A stretch of DNA of 64,000 nt. Source: Octopus bimaculoides (Eukaryota). This document shows, piece by piece, positions 11,201 through 23,741 of the stretch (position 1 is its first letter; the number at the start of each line of letters is the position of its first letter). The stretch is taken from the NCBI RefSeq assembly GCF_001194135.2, contig NC_068989.1, positions 49,224,940 to 49,288,939 on the forward strand, in the 5' to 3' direction. Made by a program: the position numbers and the translations under genes. Under the pieces are notes generated by a model, which searched no databases, was not told where the DNA came from, and saw nothing but the letters and a program-made list of their open reading frames with translations.

Positions 11201-13852
11201 CTCTGTATAACACATTCAACAGACCATACTCAGAGTGTTTCTATTCAGTCACTACATTCATTGAGAATTTCTAACTACAATAATGTATTACATATCTCAT
11301 ATAATCCTGTTTCCAACACTATTAGCAATTATTATGCAACAATCTAAGACTTACCTAATGAACTTGATGTATAGAATATAAAACAATATAGTAATGTATC
11401 TGATATTCATTAAAATTCAACATAATTTGCTGATATGAATGCCAAGTCTGTTATATGTATATAAAAAAGAAAATCAATAAGATTTCAATTTGAATAATGC
11501 CTAAGAGGAAATTGTCCATCAAACTGGATGGTGATGACGATGATGGCAATAACCACCACTATCATATGGAAATACATTTGTACATCTCTTCTCCCTTCCT
11601 TCTCTCTCTAATTTCAACATACAGAGCATTTATCTTCCAAGAGCTCAGTTCTCAAATATAACATTCTACTAAATACCAAATCTAATTTCATAGTTTGTTA
11701 ACCATATCTTTCTTACTAGTGATAGTTCATACCTTTCCCATCTGATGGGTTGTGCATAACATTTCACATTCCCACTTGGTAGAATAATTAGAGAGTTGGA
11801 AAAATTGTCTGGTTACATTCATTCCAACTGTCTGTGCTCTAACTTCAGACCCTACCAAAGCCACTTTGTCTTTCATGTTTCCTGAGTTGATAAAAATGTA
11901 CCAACACAGGGCAGTGGATTGGCAGAACTATAAGAATGTCGAACCAGATACCTTGCAGTATTTGTTCCAGCTCATTGCATTCAGAGTTTAAATCCTACCA
12001 CGGTCTACTTAGGTGGTGTATTTATTCCATCACCCAATTTAATACAACCATTTGGCACATTGGATACTTTCAGCAAAGTCTACTCTGTTGCAAGCATTCA
12101 ATCCACACCCTCCCTTCTCTGAACAGTCTCAGAAGTTCTATAAAAAGAGGGTCAATAACACTGTCTTCCCTCCTGGCTAAAAAAGACACAAAAAAATGAT
12201 AATTTATATAAAATGACAACCAAAATAGAAAAAAAATTTAACAGTCCATCAGAAAATTTATTTTGGAATTGTTTACCATTTTTATTCTAGATGAGGACAG
12301 TGTGTTTAAAATGATAAATTTTTCTTTTGAATCAGCCAACATAATAGAAATTAGAGATGAATTTTTCTGTTCATTAATCCTTAAGAGCTTGTTTAAAGAT
12401 TAACTAACCTGATGCATCATATACACTTACTGACAGATGTGCTTTTTAAACTTCTTAATACAAATAAACGACAAAATTCACTCCATCACTCTGCTAGATG
12501 ACATTCAACAATTTTCTGAATAAATAAATCTATCACATTGCTCTTGAAAGTTTAAAGACAAGGAAAAAAAAAAAAAGGTAGGGAACAAAGAATAAAAATA
12601 GTCATCTCTTCATAACTAAAATTCTAGGTAAAAAAAAGCAACATGTATTACACCAAATTTCAATTACGCAAATAATTATCAGGAATTTCAATGCAAGACA
12701 AAATATTCTTAGGCCAGTTTACTTTTAATGAATATGATATGATTGAAACTGATAAAATTTCAAAATTGTCTCTTCTTCACAGCCACAAAATGTAATTAAT
12801 TATAGCTTCACAAAGAGTTAACAAAATAAACAAAGAAAAAACTGCTTTGGCAGCTAGGATTCTAAATAATGTAAATTCTTGTAAGAATTAAAAAAAGAAA
12901 GAAAAAACAAAAAGAAAATGATATCAGTTTAAGATTGTTTTTACACCAATTTTGTTTTTTGCTTTAACTTTTAATATTCTTTATATTTTTGTTACTTTTT
13001 TTAAGTGTGGAGTGTGTGTATATTTATGTATCAAATAACTTAGTAATTTAACAATTTACAATATGATTAATGTAAGACCAGACAATGAATATGCACACAG
13101 AATACACACAAATCAATTACACAGCTCACAAAGTCACACAGCAAAGGAGAGAACCATTACAATCAATTTGGTACGTTCAACAAGTTAAATATCAGCAATT
13201 ACAGGTAGTAAATTAATGCCAAATTCTAATTAAAATACATAGTAAGCAAAAATAGATTTACAAGCAAATCCTGACCAAGAAACTTCTAAAAGGTGAGACA
13301 TAAACTAAGTTACATCAATATAAAATACTGAAAATGCATAATTTCGCAACTAGTACAGACTCAAAGAGTGAACATCTAGTATCACATTATAAGCCAACAA
13401 TTATATTCTGTGAATAGTGTGGTTAACAGAACCAGCATATGTTCATTCACTGAACATTTTTCAAGGCTCAAATATGGCTGTGTAAAAAGGTTGTGGGTTC
13501 AGTGCAATTGTATGGCACCTTGAGCAAGTTCTACTACAATTCTGGGCCAACGTTAGTTGTAAGTTGATCACTACAGTGCTTGATTTTCAAAGCCTCTGTA
13601 TCCTTGGCACAGTTGTGCTGAAATGACAGTGGGGGTGTCTAACTGCAGAAAGATGAAGGTACTGCAGTCTTTCACAATCTGCCTTAAGACTTTCTCTCAG
13701 GGTGTAAGGGACAGTGACATGGATACCAGTGGAATGAGAATCCCTGGATGAAATTTTAATCCAGAAATGAAAGAGCTGCAATGGATGCCACACAACATTT
13801 CATCAGGTGCTCTAGTAATTTGGTTAATCCACTACCCTGGACTGCTATTCAT

Positions 13853-14220
13853 TTATCATTAAATCATCATCATGTAATGTCCATTTTCCACATACTGCAA
13901 TAGGCTGGATGGTTTGAAAGGAGCTGGCTGGAAAGTTGCTCAGGCTCCATTTGTCTGTTTTAGCATGGTTTCTTTGGCTGTATGCCCTTCCTAAGGCCAA
14001 CCTCTTTACAGAATGTACTGGGTGCTTTTTAGATGACACCAATACGAGTGCTTTATGTGTGACACCAGTATGGGTACTTTGTACATGGCATCGGCATGGG
14101 TGCTTTATATGTGGCACAGACATGAGTATTTCACATGTGGCATTGGTACAGGTGCTTTGTATGTGGCACTAACATATTTGCTCCTTACATGGCACTGGCC
14201 CAGGTGTTTTTCACATGGTG
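13853..14220 (-). mobile_element. RTE-type LINE 3' UTR copy (family B) with an expanded internal 26-bp tandem array
   Basis: Family B motifs, plus about 7.5 units of period 26 at 14022-14218 (gtgctttatgtgtgacaccagtatgg-like). Confidence 0.8.
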
Positions 14221-14566
14221 AAAGGCAAAATTGACTTGAGAGAAATTTGAACTCAGAGCTTAGTGATCTGAAAGTACTACACTATACCTCATCCATCACG
14301 CTAACAATTCTATTAATCTGCAACCCATGATGGAACAGTATTCTATTTATAATCAACCCCACCACCAAAAGAAAAATGATAAGCAAGTTTCACTTCAGTA
14401 GGATTTTATCTAGGAATACCAAAAATACTACAAAGCATCCTATCTGGTGCACTAATGACTACTAAGGCACAATGTGCAGATAATATTAAGCATGTGTTAA
14501 CATGACACATTCCGTTTGGATAATAAAAGAAAAGTGACATTTTTTTTTTTTTACATGAATTGCTTG

Positions 14567-14973
14567 CAGCACTGGATTAACCATTAAGCAAAATAAGTGC
14601 ATGTTTTTGGGCACCACAGAAATGATAAGTGGTTTACAGCACAAAAAAATTCCCTTTAAACTTGCTAAAATAATATTCAGTTTACCTTATTTCTACTAAG
14701 GGTAGAAGCAGATGTGTTACATAAGATTAATTTTTAGGATCTGATCAAAGATTTTGCAATTAAAAAAAAAACGTAGAAAATTTTTCAAATATGAATAAAG
14801 TGGAAGTATACAAAAATAAACGTTATTTTTCATCTTATTGTTAAGTTTCATTTTATTTTGGAAAAAAAATATTATTTTATGGTTTATTAGTTTACATTTT
14901 GAATTACATATATAAGGGAGCACCAAAATCTTTTTAAGTGCTTAGGACCTCTATGGGTCTTAATCCAGCCCTC
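14567..14973. mobile_element. Non-autonomous hAT-type MITE
   Basis: Imperfect 14-bp TIRs cagcactggattaa / ttaatccagccctc (11/14 match) with subterminal gcacca motifs and an AT-rich interior. The 8-bp flanks attgcttg / aaagtttg match 5/8, consistent with a decayed TSD. Confidence 0.6.
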
Positions 14974-15089
14974 AAAGTTTGTTGGTGACGTTCTCTAAAT
15001 TGTACAACTCCTAACATGTTGGGCATTCCTAACACTACAGCCAGTATTATGAACAGACCCTCTACCAACCCATTCGTTTGACCAGCTAG

Positions 15090-15565
15090 AAGTAGCCAAA
15101 TTTCATCAATGCCCCTCCATCTAGATAAGGAAGTATACTTTGTATAATGTTGTCCTTAATATACAAAAAGATGGAATGGTCATAACTTTGGAATACTTTC
15201 GAACAAAAGAGAAAGAAAGAGAAAACACAATTCCATAAACCATTACCCAACCAGTTGATCAACCAATAATTATTACCGCCATCACATTTCACTATCTCTC
15301 TCCCCACTGCAACAAATAAGGAAGCCTTCTCATTGTTGTTTGATCCTCTAGAAATAGCAGCCAAACTATTTCTTACATTACACATTCACCATCTTAGAAA
15401 ACAACATTGTATAATGTTGTCATGGATTCTCTGCACATAGGTAAAAGACAGGATGGTCACAGCTGGAGTATCATTGATTATAAATCTACTCGATGAAGCT
15501 TAACCAGGGGCTACACAACATCAACTATCTCTGCCGACATCTGGTTAAAACCAATTTTAAAGAAA
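15090..15565. mobile_element. Dispersed repeat (family G)
   Basis: Contains ctagaaatagcagccaa and atcttagaaaa motifs that recur in reverse orientation at about 39965-40105 and, degraded, at about 58540-58770. Confidence 0.5.
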
Positions 15566-16329
15566 TTAACGATTATATTTGTGGGTGTGCATGAATGTGT
15601 GTATGCATGCATACATGCGTGATTGTGCATATGAGTGTGTGAACCTTTTAATAAAAGTGAATAGTCTGAGAATAAATGGTCCAACATTGTGTAATTTACA
15701 TGACAAAGATAACATTTACATTACAAAAGAACTATGTTCAGAGCTGAGAAATATTTTATCAGTCATGAAATTTATTCAATTTAGAGATGAATATAGGAGT
15801 AGGATGATAGCAGGGAGTTGTTCTTTTCGTGGCTTTTTTGTGTGTGTGTGTGGGGGGGGAGTCTTTCCCTTTTCTTATGATTTTGTGGTTTATTCAGATC
15901 TATAAGGATATTGAAGTGTACAGGAAATTTAAAAAGACAAATAAAAAAATAATTATATTGCATGTGTGTGTGTGTGTGCACGTGCGTGCATACATGCTAT
16001 TAAGTTAAAAATGAAAAACAATGCAACAACAACAAAAACCCCCACAAATGTAGTAGTTTCTGGTAAGAGATAACAATCGGTAGTTTCCTGTTGTGTTCTC
16101 CAGGTTGACATGAAATTTAAGAGCAGTGTCAAACAAGTTGGAGATTGATGACAGTTTTGGTGGTTTACAGTGTTGAAATAAAATCTCCATGTGTAAAACT
16201 ACAATAGCAGAAACATAAAATTTAAATCAGGTGAAACTAAGTAAATGTCATCAGACTACTAGGGTGAGATGTGTTTTTTTTTCCCCTCCACCTTTTTTTT
16301 ATTTTATTGGTCTGGATAAAAGAATAGCT

Positions 16330-18240
16330 TGTTCTTTGTTTTTACTCTTTTATTCACTGAGAGGGACAGTGCCCACTACATTTGTAGGCCTGTAGAGACC
16401 AAGGGACTTGATCCTGTAATTGTTCCATTTAGAATATTGCAAGTCATCACCTGCAGGAAAGACATTGTGCAAAGATTCCAGAGGTTTGATATACCAACAG
16501 TTGCGTGGGAACAAAATTTGCTTTGGGGATGCAAACCCAGGTCCAATGATAATATTTGTTATAATATATGGAAAAGTAATGTTTCAAATCATTCCAAAAA
16601 TGTTTCTATTCTCACTCATTTCAGCAATGAAGTTTTCCAAGAAGAGGTCCAAAGTGATTTCATTACACAAGTTTTTTATGTACATGCATTACAGTACAGT
16701 ATGTCACATGGTGTTGCGTCATTGTGGTATGGAGTTAGGTCTCCAAACGGTGAAGCATGCTTAACATTCTCTCGATTGATGCAACAGATACAGGCTTGCA
16801 ACATGATGACATTTTCATTGCAAAGGCAGGTCCATAGATGAACAAAGTTCAATGCATCAGTGACCATAGAAACTGTAGATCCAATTTCTTGGAGGATAAG
16901 GTTCAAAGAGTGGTTTTTGCAGAGTACAAAATATATCAGGAAACATGTCTTTTAATCTCTTTTGTATCCCTGAAATATTTCTGCTCATAGCACCATCAAA
17001 GACGTAGTCAGGAGAGTTATAAAAGCTGAGAAAATCTTCATGGACATTCTGGTTTTCAGAAATATGACAATAACTGATTCTTGTTCCATGCCAGAGCAAT
17101 CACATATAACAGCGATAAACATGGAATCTTCAACAATTTTTCTGGTCTCATGCTGGGTGTTATGAACATATGCCTATAAGATTTCATGCTGTATTGTATC
17201 AGATAGAAAATTAACTTGTTGTTGAAGCTGCTGACTTATTTCTGCAGCATATTCTTTGGCAAGTTCTTTTTTGGGATTCACAAAGTTTCCTATGACGTGT
17301 TAACTTTCTCTTCGAAAATGGAATTAGTAACTTCTTTTATCTTTTACTCAGGATATTTCTTGATCCTTCAACAATGGAACTGTGAACTGCTACTATCTTT
17401 CACTAAGAATTTCCTTAATTTTCTGATCATGAAAGTGCTATCCATTATCTTTCACTAAGTATGTTCTTTAATTATTCGATGAACTGATAACTAGTAATAT
17501 CATTTATTAAAGATATTCCTTGATTCTTTCTCTCCAAAGATGGAATAGTTGGCTTACATGGAAATCTTTGCTCAATATGTGATCCACATGCTTAGCTATT
17601 CTTTTGTGTTGGGAATAACAACAGATTTTGGGACTCAGGGTTACATGTGTAGAAGTTATTAAGTGTGATTTAGCTTTTAGTGGTGGTGGTGTTGTAACGT
17701 GTGGTTTGGCATTGACTAGTATTGCTCGTACAAATCATGTGTCTTGTCCCAGGTAAATGAGTGAAGTTACAGTCACTGCATATGCATAGTCTCTCTTCTT
17801 GAGAATAGCAGCATATTGTAAGGTTTTCGTGTGTTCATAATTTTATTTTATTTACAGTTGGCAGATTTATCATGGAGTAGTCAGGTATACATTCAGATTG
17901 AGGACAGTGGTGGGAGGAGTTATTCTTCACTAATTAGAGCAGTAGTAGTAATAATGGTATGGGTAGTAGCAGTAGGATAGGAAGACAATGGTAATGATAG
18001 ATCTCCTGTGTCATTCTGATAAGAATTTGACTGGCCTAACTGTGTAGAAAAGCTAGGGACTGTGGTGTTTAATGGGTCATCAACTGTTCTAGTATTGAAG
18101 AGTGACTTCTAGTGCTGATCATGTTGTCATTGCTATTGTTTAGATGTGGTAAGGGTAGTAGCAGTAGAACATGATGGCAATGATAATGAGGGGCCAGTTA
18201 TGGTATTCAGAGGAAATGAGGAAGTGTATAGCTAGACTAT
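16330..18240 (-). mobile_element. Decayed hAT transposase (ZMYM1/P52rIPK-like) with N-terminal TTF-type zinc-finger remnant
   Basis: Collinear minus-strand motifs: S/T-rich N-terminus; CCYSQEERLCICSDC; NFLSDTIQHEIL; SMFIAVICD..SGMEQES; VHEDFLSFY; FDGAMSRNISGIQKRLK; MNLILQE...MVTDALNFVH; LDLFLENFIAEMSE. These parallel the hAT pattern 'SpeIQNEii / FsiiaDettDiSgkEQls / ihEdFlgF / yDGAsnMsG..sGvq / HsLNLvlq'. Many stops and frameshifts. Confidence 0.85.
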
Positions 18241-18331
18241 GAAGGGTTCTTGATCGTGGAGTTTAATCAGACCATCAATTGTGCTAGTACTGAGGAGTGG
18301 CCAAGATTGTTGTTTATACACACACACACAC

Positions 18332-18379
<48 letters not shown>

Positions 18380-19528
18380 GATGATGATGATGATGATGAT
18401 GAATTCAGTCTTTGCATCATGGTTCCAAGTTCACAAACAACTAAGATTATGAATACAGAATCATTTATGCGTACAAGTCATATATGGTGGCTGATTTACT
18501 TAGTTATAATTTTTACCTCTTATAAAAAATATATGTATATAATTATATAAATCCTCAACCAATTTTAGTATTTAATTATGCAGATCATACAGTTATACAA
18601 ACAAATTTATACATATAATTGCATACTGTATATGTAAATGCACACATACATTATTTCCAATTCAAACCATCCCTCTGCCATTAATATTATCTTCTGCCAT
18701 TCTAATTATACTCCAGAATTTCATCAAATTCTTTGTTTAAGATACCATCCAAATTAACATACCCTCAATGACCTCAAGATTAGCTTTCAGAATTAGATTT
18801 TCATCTCCCTATCTGTACATTATAGACCATATCCCAAAATAGCTATTCCACTGATTGGTTGTACATCTTCACACACATTGAAACAAAACAACCTCTAGAA
18901 CAACAGTAATTCCTGTGTCACTGATTTTGCAAACTGTGTATCACTAAACTTATTTATCACTCCTTTTTTGTTCATCTCTACTCTCAAACTATGAGATAAA
19001 AATTTCACCTAAAACATCATCATAGAGTTGCTACTCTCCAGAACTTTCCCCAGCCCTGCTCATATTTTTCCTATGAACTATATGCTCAACCTCAATCATG
19101 ACTTCATTGATCTAAGAACACCTACAAAAGTTATGCCCCCCACCTCATTACCACCACCACTCATATTTAAGTGTAAGACCATGGGGGTATTTTGTTTCTA
19201 TTTTCCCTCAACCCCGAAGTATAAAAGTCAGGTAGTTATATCTCTTGCTTTATGTACTTTATTCTAAAGATAGTAAGCTTTTTGTTCTTATTAGTTACTA
19301 CCCTGTTGTTCTCACTGTATACGCCAGGTATAATAATTTATTTGGTACTTTTTAAGTATTAACCCATGTAGAAGACACTTGGAATGTTATTTTTATCATC
19401 AGAACTTTTCATATGACCATACAAAGACTACCAACTTTTTTATTTATCATTTTATTGGCTATTCCACATAATTAAATATGAACTATGCACATATATATGG
19501 AGATTAAAACTATTTTCTGTAGAAATAG

Positions 19529-19641
19529 AAATACTTACAAGTAACTGTTTCTTGGAACAATAATAAAATACTCTTCTTGGATGTTCCAGCGCCAAAATCC
19601 TTTGTCACAGAAATAGTTCAAAACACCACCATGCAGCCAAG
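19529..19641 (+). CDS. Candidate exon, strand ambiguous, unidentified
   Basis: Plus frame KYLQVTVSWNNNKILFLDVPAPKSFVTEIVQNTTMQP ends at a strong donor AAG|gtaagc and contains a CCACCATG context at 19631. The minus strand is also open and ends at a gtaagt donor at 19538. Confidence 0.3.
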
Positions 19642-20380
19642 GTAAGCGATATCAGCAATGTCATTAAGAAAAGATAGTGTGGAAATTTTCTGGCCAAATT
19701 ATCATATGATAAAATATATAAATATACAGAATCATATCTATATGTTTTTAGAAGAGTATGAAATTAGGCCCATATGTGATTAATTATCATATAAGATAAG
19801 GTCAGAACAAATAACTTGTATGCACAGTCTCCTCAAATACGTGCTGTAGCGTATTTGGTACTAGCCACAACACTCTCTCAGTTTCAGATTAGCATAAAAA
19901 TTCCATTATCTCTTAAAAATCTAAATAATATGATATATCCTATCATTAGTACTTCCATTTCTTTAATTAGCTTTTGTCAATTCTAATTATCTTCATACAT
20001 TCATATGTAGATGACAAAAGTCATCCTTCCTCTACAACACTTACATCAAGCATTTATTCACTGCTTATACCAACACCACCTACAGGACATCCACTCTACC
20101 CATTGTTGATGACCATCAGTAATTCAGGTTTATGACTTTATCGTTTGCTTACAAATCTGCAGATACACATCTCTGGAGATATGTATTACAATCTTGATCC
20201 AAGTATTTTTTTGGTATATATTTTACTGGTATATATTCCAGCAATTTGATTTAAATTCAGAAAAAACACATTACTAGGCCAGACATAATAAACTGTCTGG
20301 TGTTTTTTGCAGTATTACTCCTCACAGAAGACAGAATGTCATTTTTCCATTTATTCTTTTGACATGACCATATATAGGTT

Positions 20381-20764
20381 GTTGGCACTCCGTCGCTTAC
20401 GACGACGAGGGCTCCAGTTGATCCGATCAACAGAACAGCCTGCTCATGAAATTAACGTGCAAGTGGCTGAGCACTCCACAGACACATATACCCTTAACGT
20501 AGTTCTTGGGGATATTCAGCGTGACACAATGTGAAAAGGCTGACCCTTTAAATTACAGGCACAACAGAAACAGGAAGTAAGAGTGAGAGAAAGTTGTAGT
20601 GAAGGAGTACAGCAGGGTTCGCCACCATCCCATGCCGGAGCCTCGTGGAGCTTTTTTAGGTGTTTTCGCTCAATAAACACTCACAACGCCCGGTCTGGGA
20701 ATCGAAACCGTGATCCTATGACCGCGAGTTCGCTGCCCTAACCACTGGGCCATTGCGCCTCCAC
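20381..20764 (-). mobile_element. Young tRNA-head SINE (family E variant) with 12-bp target-site duplication
   Basis: Head gtggaggcgcaatggcccagtggttagggcagc...ggtttcgattcc carries A- and B-boxes. CpGs are retained. Flanked by catatataggtt at 20369-20380 and 20765-20776. Confidence 0.92.
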
Positions 20765-22924
20765 CATATATAGGTTAACATCTTTTTATAGACCCTTTTG
20801 ACCTGACTAAATATGTATTACACATACAAATACAAAATTAAAAATCTTCCATATGTTTGTCTTTGGTACTTGAAATAAACATGAGAAAAGCATAAGTGAA
20901 CAATGCCACATGTTTGCTATTCATAAATACTTCAAAACAACATATTGACAAGAACAATGTCAAGAGTTTTAAGTTTTAAGGTGTGCGTGTGTGTGTGCTA
21001 TAGGATAACATAATTGCCTGAAAAATATAGGTAGGACAGTCAGGTTTGAGTACCCCCATGATCACTGGGTCTTTTATTCTTCAGGTACAGTGTACCCCAG
21101 ACTACATTACCTAATGTGTCCTTTAAAAAGAGTGAAAAAAAGATGGAAAGACAAGAGGGTGTAATATAAATGAGATTTTAGCTTTTAAAAAAGCGATGAG
21201 TCATATTCAGAAAGCATGAGGGCTTACAAGCTGGTTTGTAACAGTTGGCATGCTTTCGAAAAAGATGGAATGGTTACTATTGAAATGCTTTCCGGAGACA
21301 TAGCAAAGATAAACATGCGGTATTTATCTTTGTGTTTTTAATTTGTGTTTACAAAGCTATAATGAATCAGGAGAATGAACTAGGCAGAAGCAATGTGAAA
21401 ATTAAAACAATATAATTTTTTACCTTTTTTAAAATGAAAAATAGTTAACTGACTATGGCTGATCCTATCAGCTATGAAATAAAAGTCACTGAATAACAAA
21501 CTATAAAGTATGTTATATACAAGCAAATCTCAGGACAGTAGCAGTATATACAAAAAAAAAATGTTAAAAACTCTATCTGAAACTCACATTTAGGCCAACT
21601 GAATGATCTCTTTACTACATTTTACAAATATTCATAACACTCACAATTATTTATATGTTCATTGACAGCAAAACTAACTGTTCTGGCTGAAGCTAATTAA
21701 TGACAATGAAATCAATGAAAACCCACTTCACTTTCCTGGATTTATTTCTATATTTCAATCCAACACACTTTTGTATACTGTTCACATTCCTCCAATTCAA
21801 ATAAATAAAAAAATTTTTTTAAATCAACCCCACTGCCATCTATAAACTAAAACATCTCAAACAACACATAACCAAATTTGAAGTTCATAAATATAGATGG
21901 AACATATTCATAGCAAAAGTCTGTTGAATGAAATGAACTGGAAATACTTTTGTAGAAGATTTATAAGCATGTGTAGACTAATTAAATGATTTACTGCAAT
22001 ACATATCACGATATCGCAACACAGAAAGGAAGAAAAAATACAATAAAAAATAAAACCCAGTAGTATTCAGAAGTAATATTTTGTATCAAAAGACAAGTTG
22101 AAATAATAAATAAACCTAAATAAAGTGATTTCCTATTAGAACATGAACCTGAAAAGTTTTTCCCACTATTGATTTGATTGGATCAAAAACTATGACATCA
22201 AATCATTCATACATTATCATCCACTATATTATCAGTTGCTATTATTCTATGTCTATTAAGCAGACAAGACATTAAATGGGATTTGATTGTGATGCTCCAG
22301 CTTGGGAATTCAAGAATTTTAGGAAGTATGGAGTTGTCCCTTAATCATGATTCTCATAATGCAAAATTAGCCACTCTGCGAAAGGGTTAAATAGGTTCTG
22401 CCTTAAGAGTAAACTTAATAGAATACAAGATAGCAGATTAAACTGCAAATAAACTAACAGACTGAAAAAGGAAACTAGTTTTTTTTTTGTTTTGTTTTTA
22501 TCCTAGAAAATAAATAAATCTTCTGACTCTGCAATGGTGGACAATGATCACCAATGCCTGCATGCATGACACATAAAGGGAAACAGAAGAAAAGCATTTA
22601 TTTACTGAACTTCCAACAAACTGTCTGAAAATATTTGTAATCTGTATTTCACTGTTGCTTAGGGAAAAGAATAGTATCCAGCAAGTAAAGCCCCTTATAT
22701 CTGCTAAATTATGAGACATAAAGAAGGGCTGAAACAACCATGTATTCGATAATTTTAAGGCTGTTCCTGATTATTTCAATGATTTGCTCAGATTCATTTG
22801 TTATTGTGCATTTTTTTTATTTAAAATTTTGATAATTGATTTATTTCTATTCTGATCATTAAATAGGATGCTACAGTTGCAATTTATGTGTGATGATGTT
22901 TGTGCTCTTATATCAATGATATGA

Positions 22925-23120
22925 ATGAAATAAAGAGTACTCAATATATGTAATATAGGTACTTTGTCTGTCTTTACGTTCTGATTTCAAATCTGCCATG
23001 GTCAAATTTGCCTTTCATCCTTTTGGATGAAAGGCAAATTTATGTACTGGGGTTGATCTAATCAACTACCCCTGCCCTCCCCCAAAATTTCGGGCCTTGT
23101 GCCTAGAGTAGAAAAGAATA
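22925..23120 (+). mobile_element. SINE-like repeat (family D) containing a fold-back hairpin
   Basis: Motifs ttcaaatctgcc..ggtcaa.tttgcctttcatcc and gtactggggttgat..aatc shared with copies near 38300-38480, 42580-42715, 27840-28020, 55075-55520 and 57480-57670. Confidence 0.75.
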
Positions 23121-23624
23121 TATGCTATAGAGAAAATATATATATATTATTGTTGAAGTTGATTGCTTTTTCAGCTTTGTGCAGAACAACCATTTATAAA
23201 ATGGTATAAAAGTGAAGGCTGTTTCATTATATGCCATAAGATGAACACATCTTCTGTATAAAACTAGAATTAATTGAAAAGTAACCAACTTTAACACTAA
23301 AAGAAAATGTTGTGTGTGTATATACACACATGCACATGTATGTGTTATTTCTTTAGATAAGGTCATGCTAGAGTAATGCCTTCATGGATTTTTACCAATT
23401 ATATTAACTTCATTAGTTAGATGGGTACTAATTACCTCAAATGGTTTAAGTTTTAGTAGAGTTATGTCTCTTGACATTTTTACTACAAGACACATGAGGC
23501 AAGTCATTCTGCAGCACATGGGACTGTCAGCTTTGGTTAGAAGCTCAAGTGGAAGTAAAACTAAGATCTCAAGCCATCACTGTCTTTCAGTCATATTTAT
23601 CTTTTGAGATCTAATATTGAGGCA

Positions 23625-23707
23625 ACGAGCCTGGTGTTGCCATCCGGTTTCACCAGTCCTCAGTCAAATCGTCCAACCCATGCTAGCATGGAAAGCGGAC
23701 GTTAAAC

Positions 23708-23740
<33 letters not shown>
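23625..23740 (+). mobile_element. Short young 3' fragment of family B with (GAT)n tail
   Basis: cagtcaaatcgtccaacccatgctagcatggaaagcggacgttaaacgatgatgat; near-identical in reverse orientation at 29649-29745. Confidence 0.85.

Positions 23741-23741
<1 letters not shown>

Noticed and set aside
12070-12176. Minus-strand exon candidate RREDSVIDPLFIELLRLFREGRVWIECLQQ
   Set aside because: No convincing donor, and another frame (EKGGCGL) resembles an L1/Tx1-type retroelement remnant, so I cannot tell which reading is right.
14022-14218. Regularly spaced 26-bp repeats as a CRISPR-like array
   Set aside because: Units are contiguous with no unique spacers, lie inside a eukaryotic retroposon UTR, and no cas genes are present.
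17858-17884. 27-nt plus-strand micro-exon with good splice sites
   Set aside because: It lies inside the antisense strand of the hAT remnant and has no independent support.
20690-20764. tRNA-like sequence with A and B boxes
   Set aside because: It is the head of a SINE that continues into a repeat body and is bounded by a TSD. The same holds for the other tRNA-like heads; I see no real tRNA gene.
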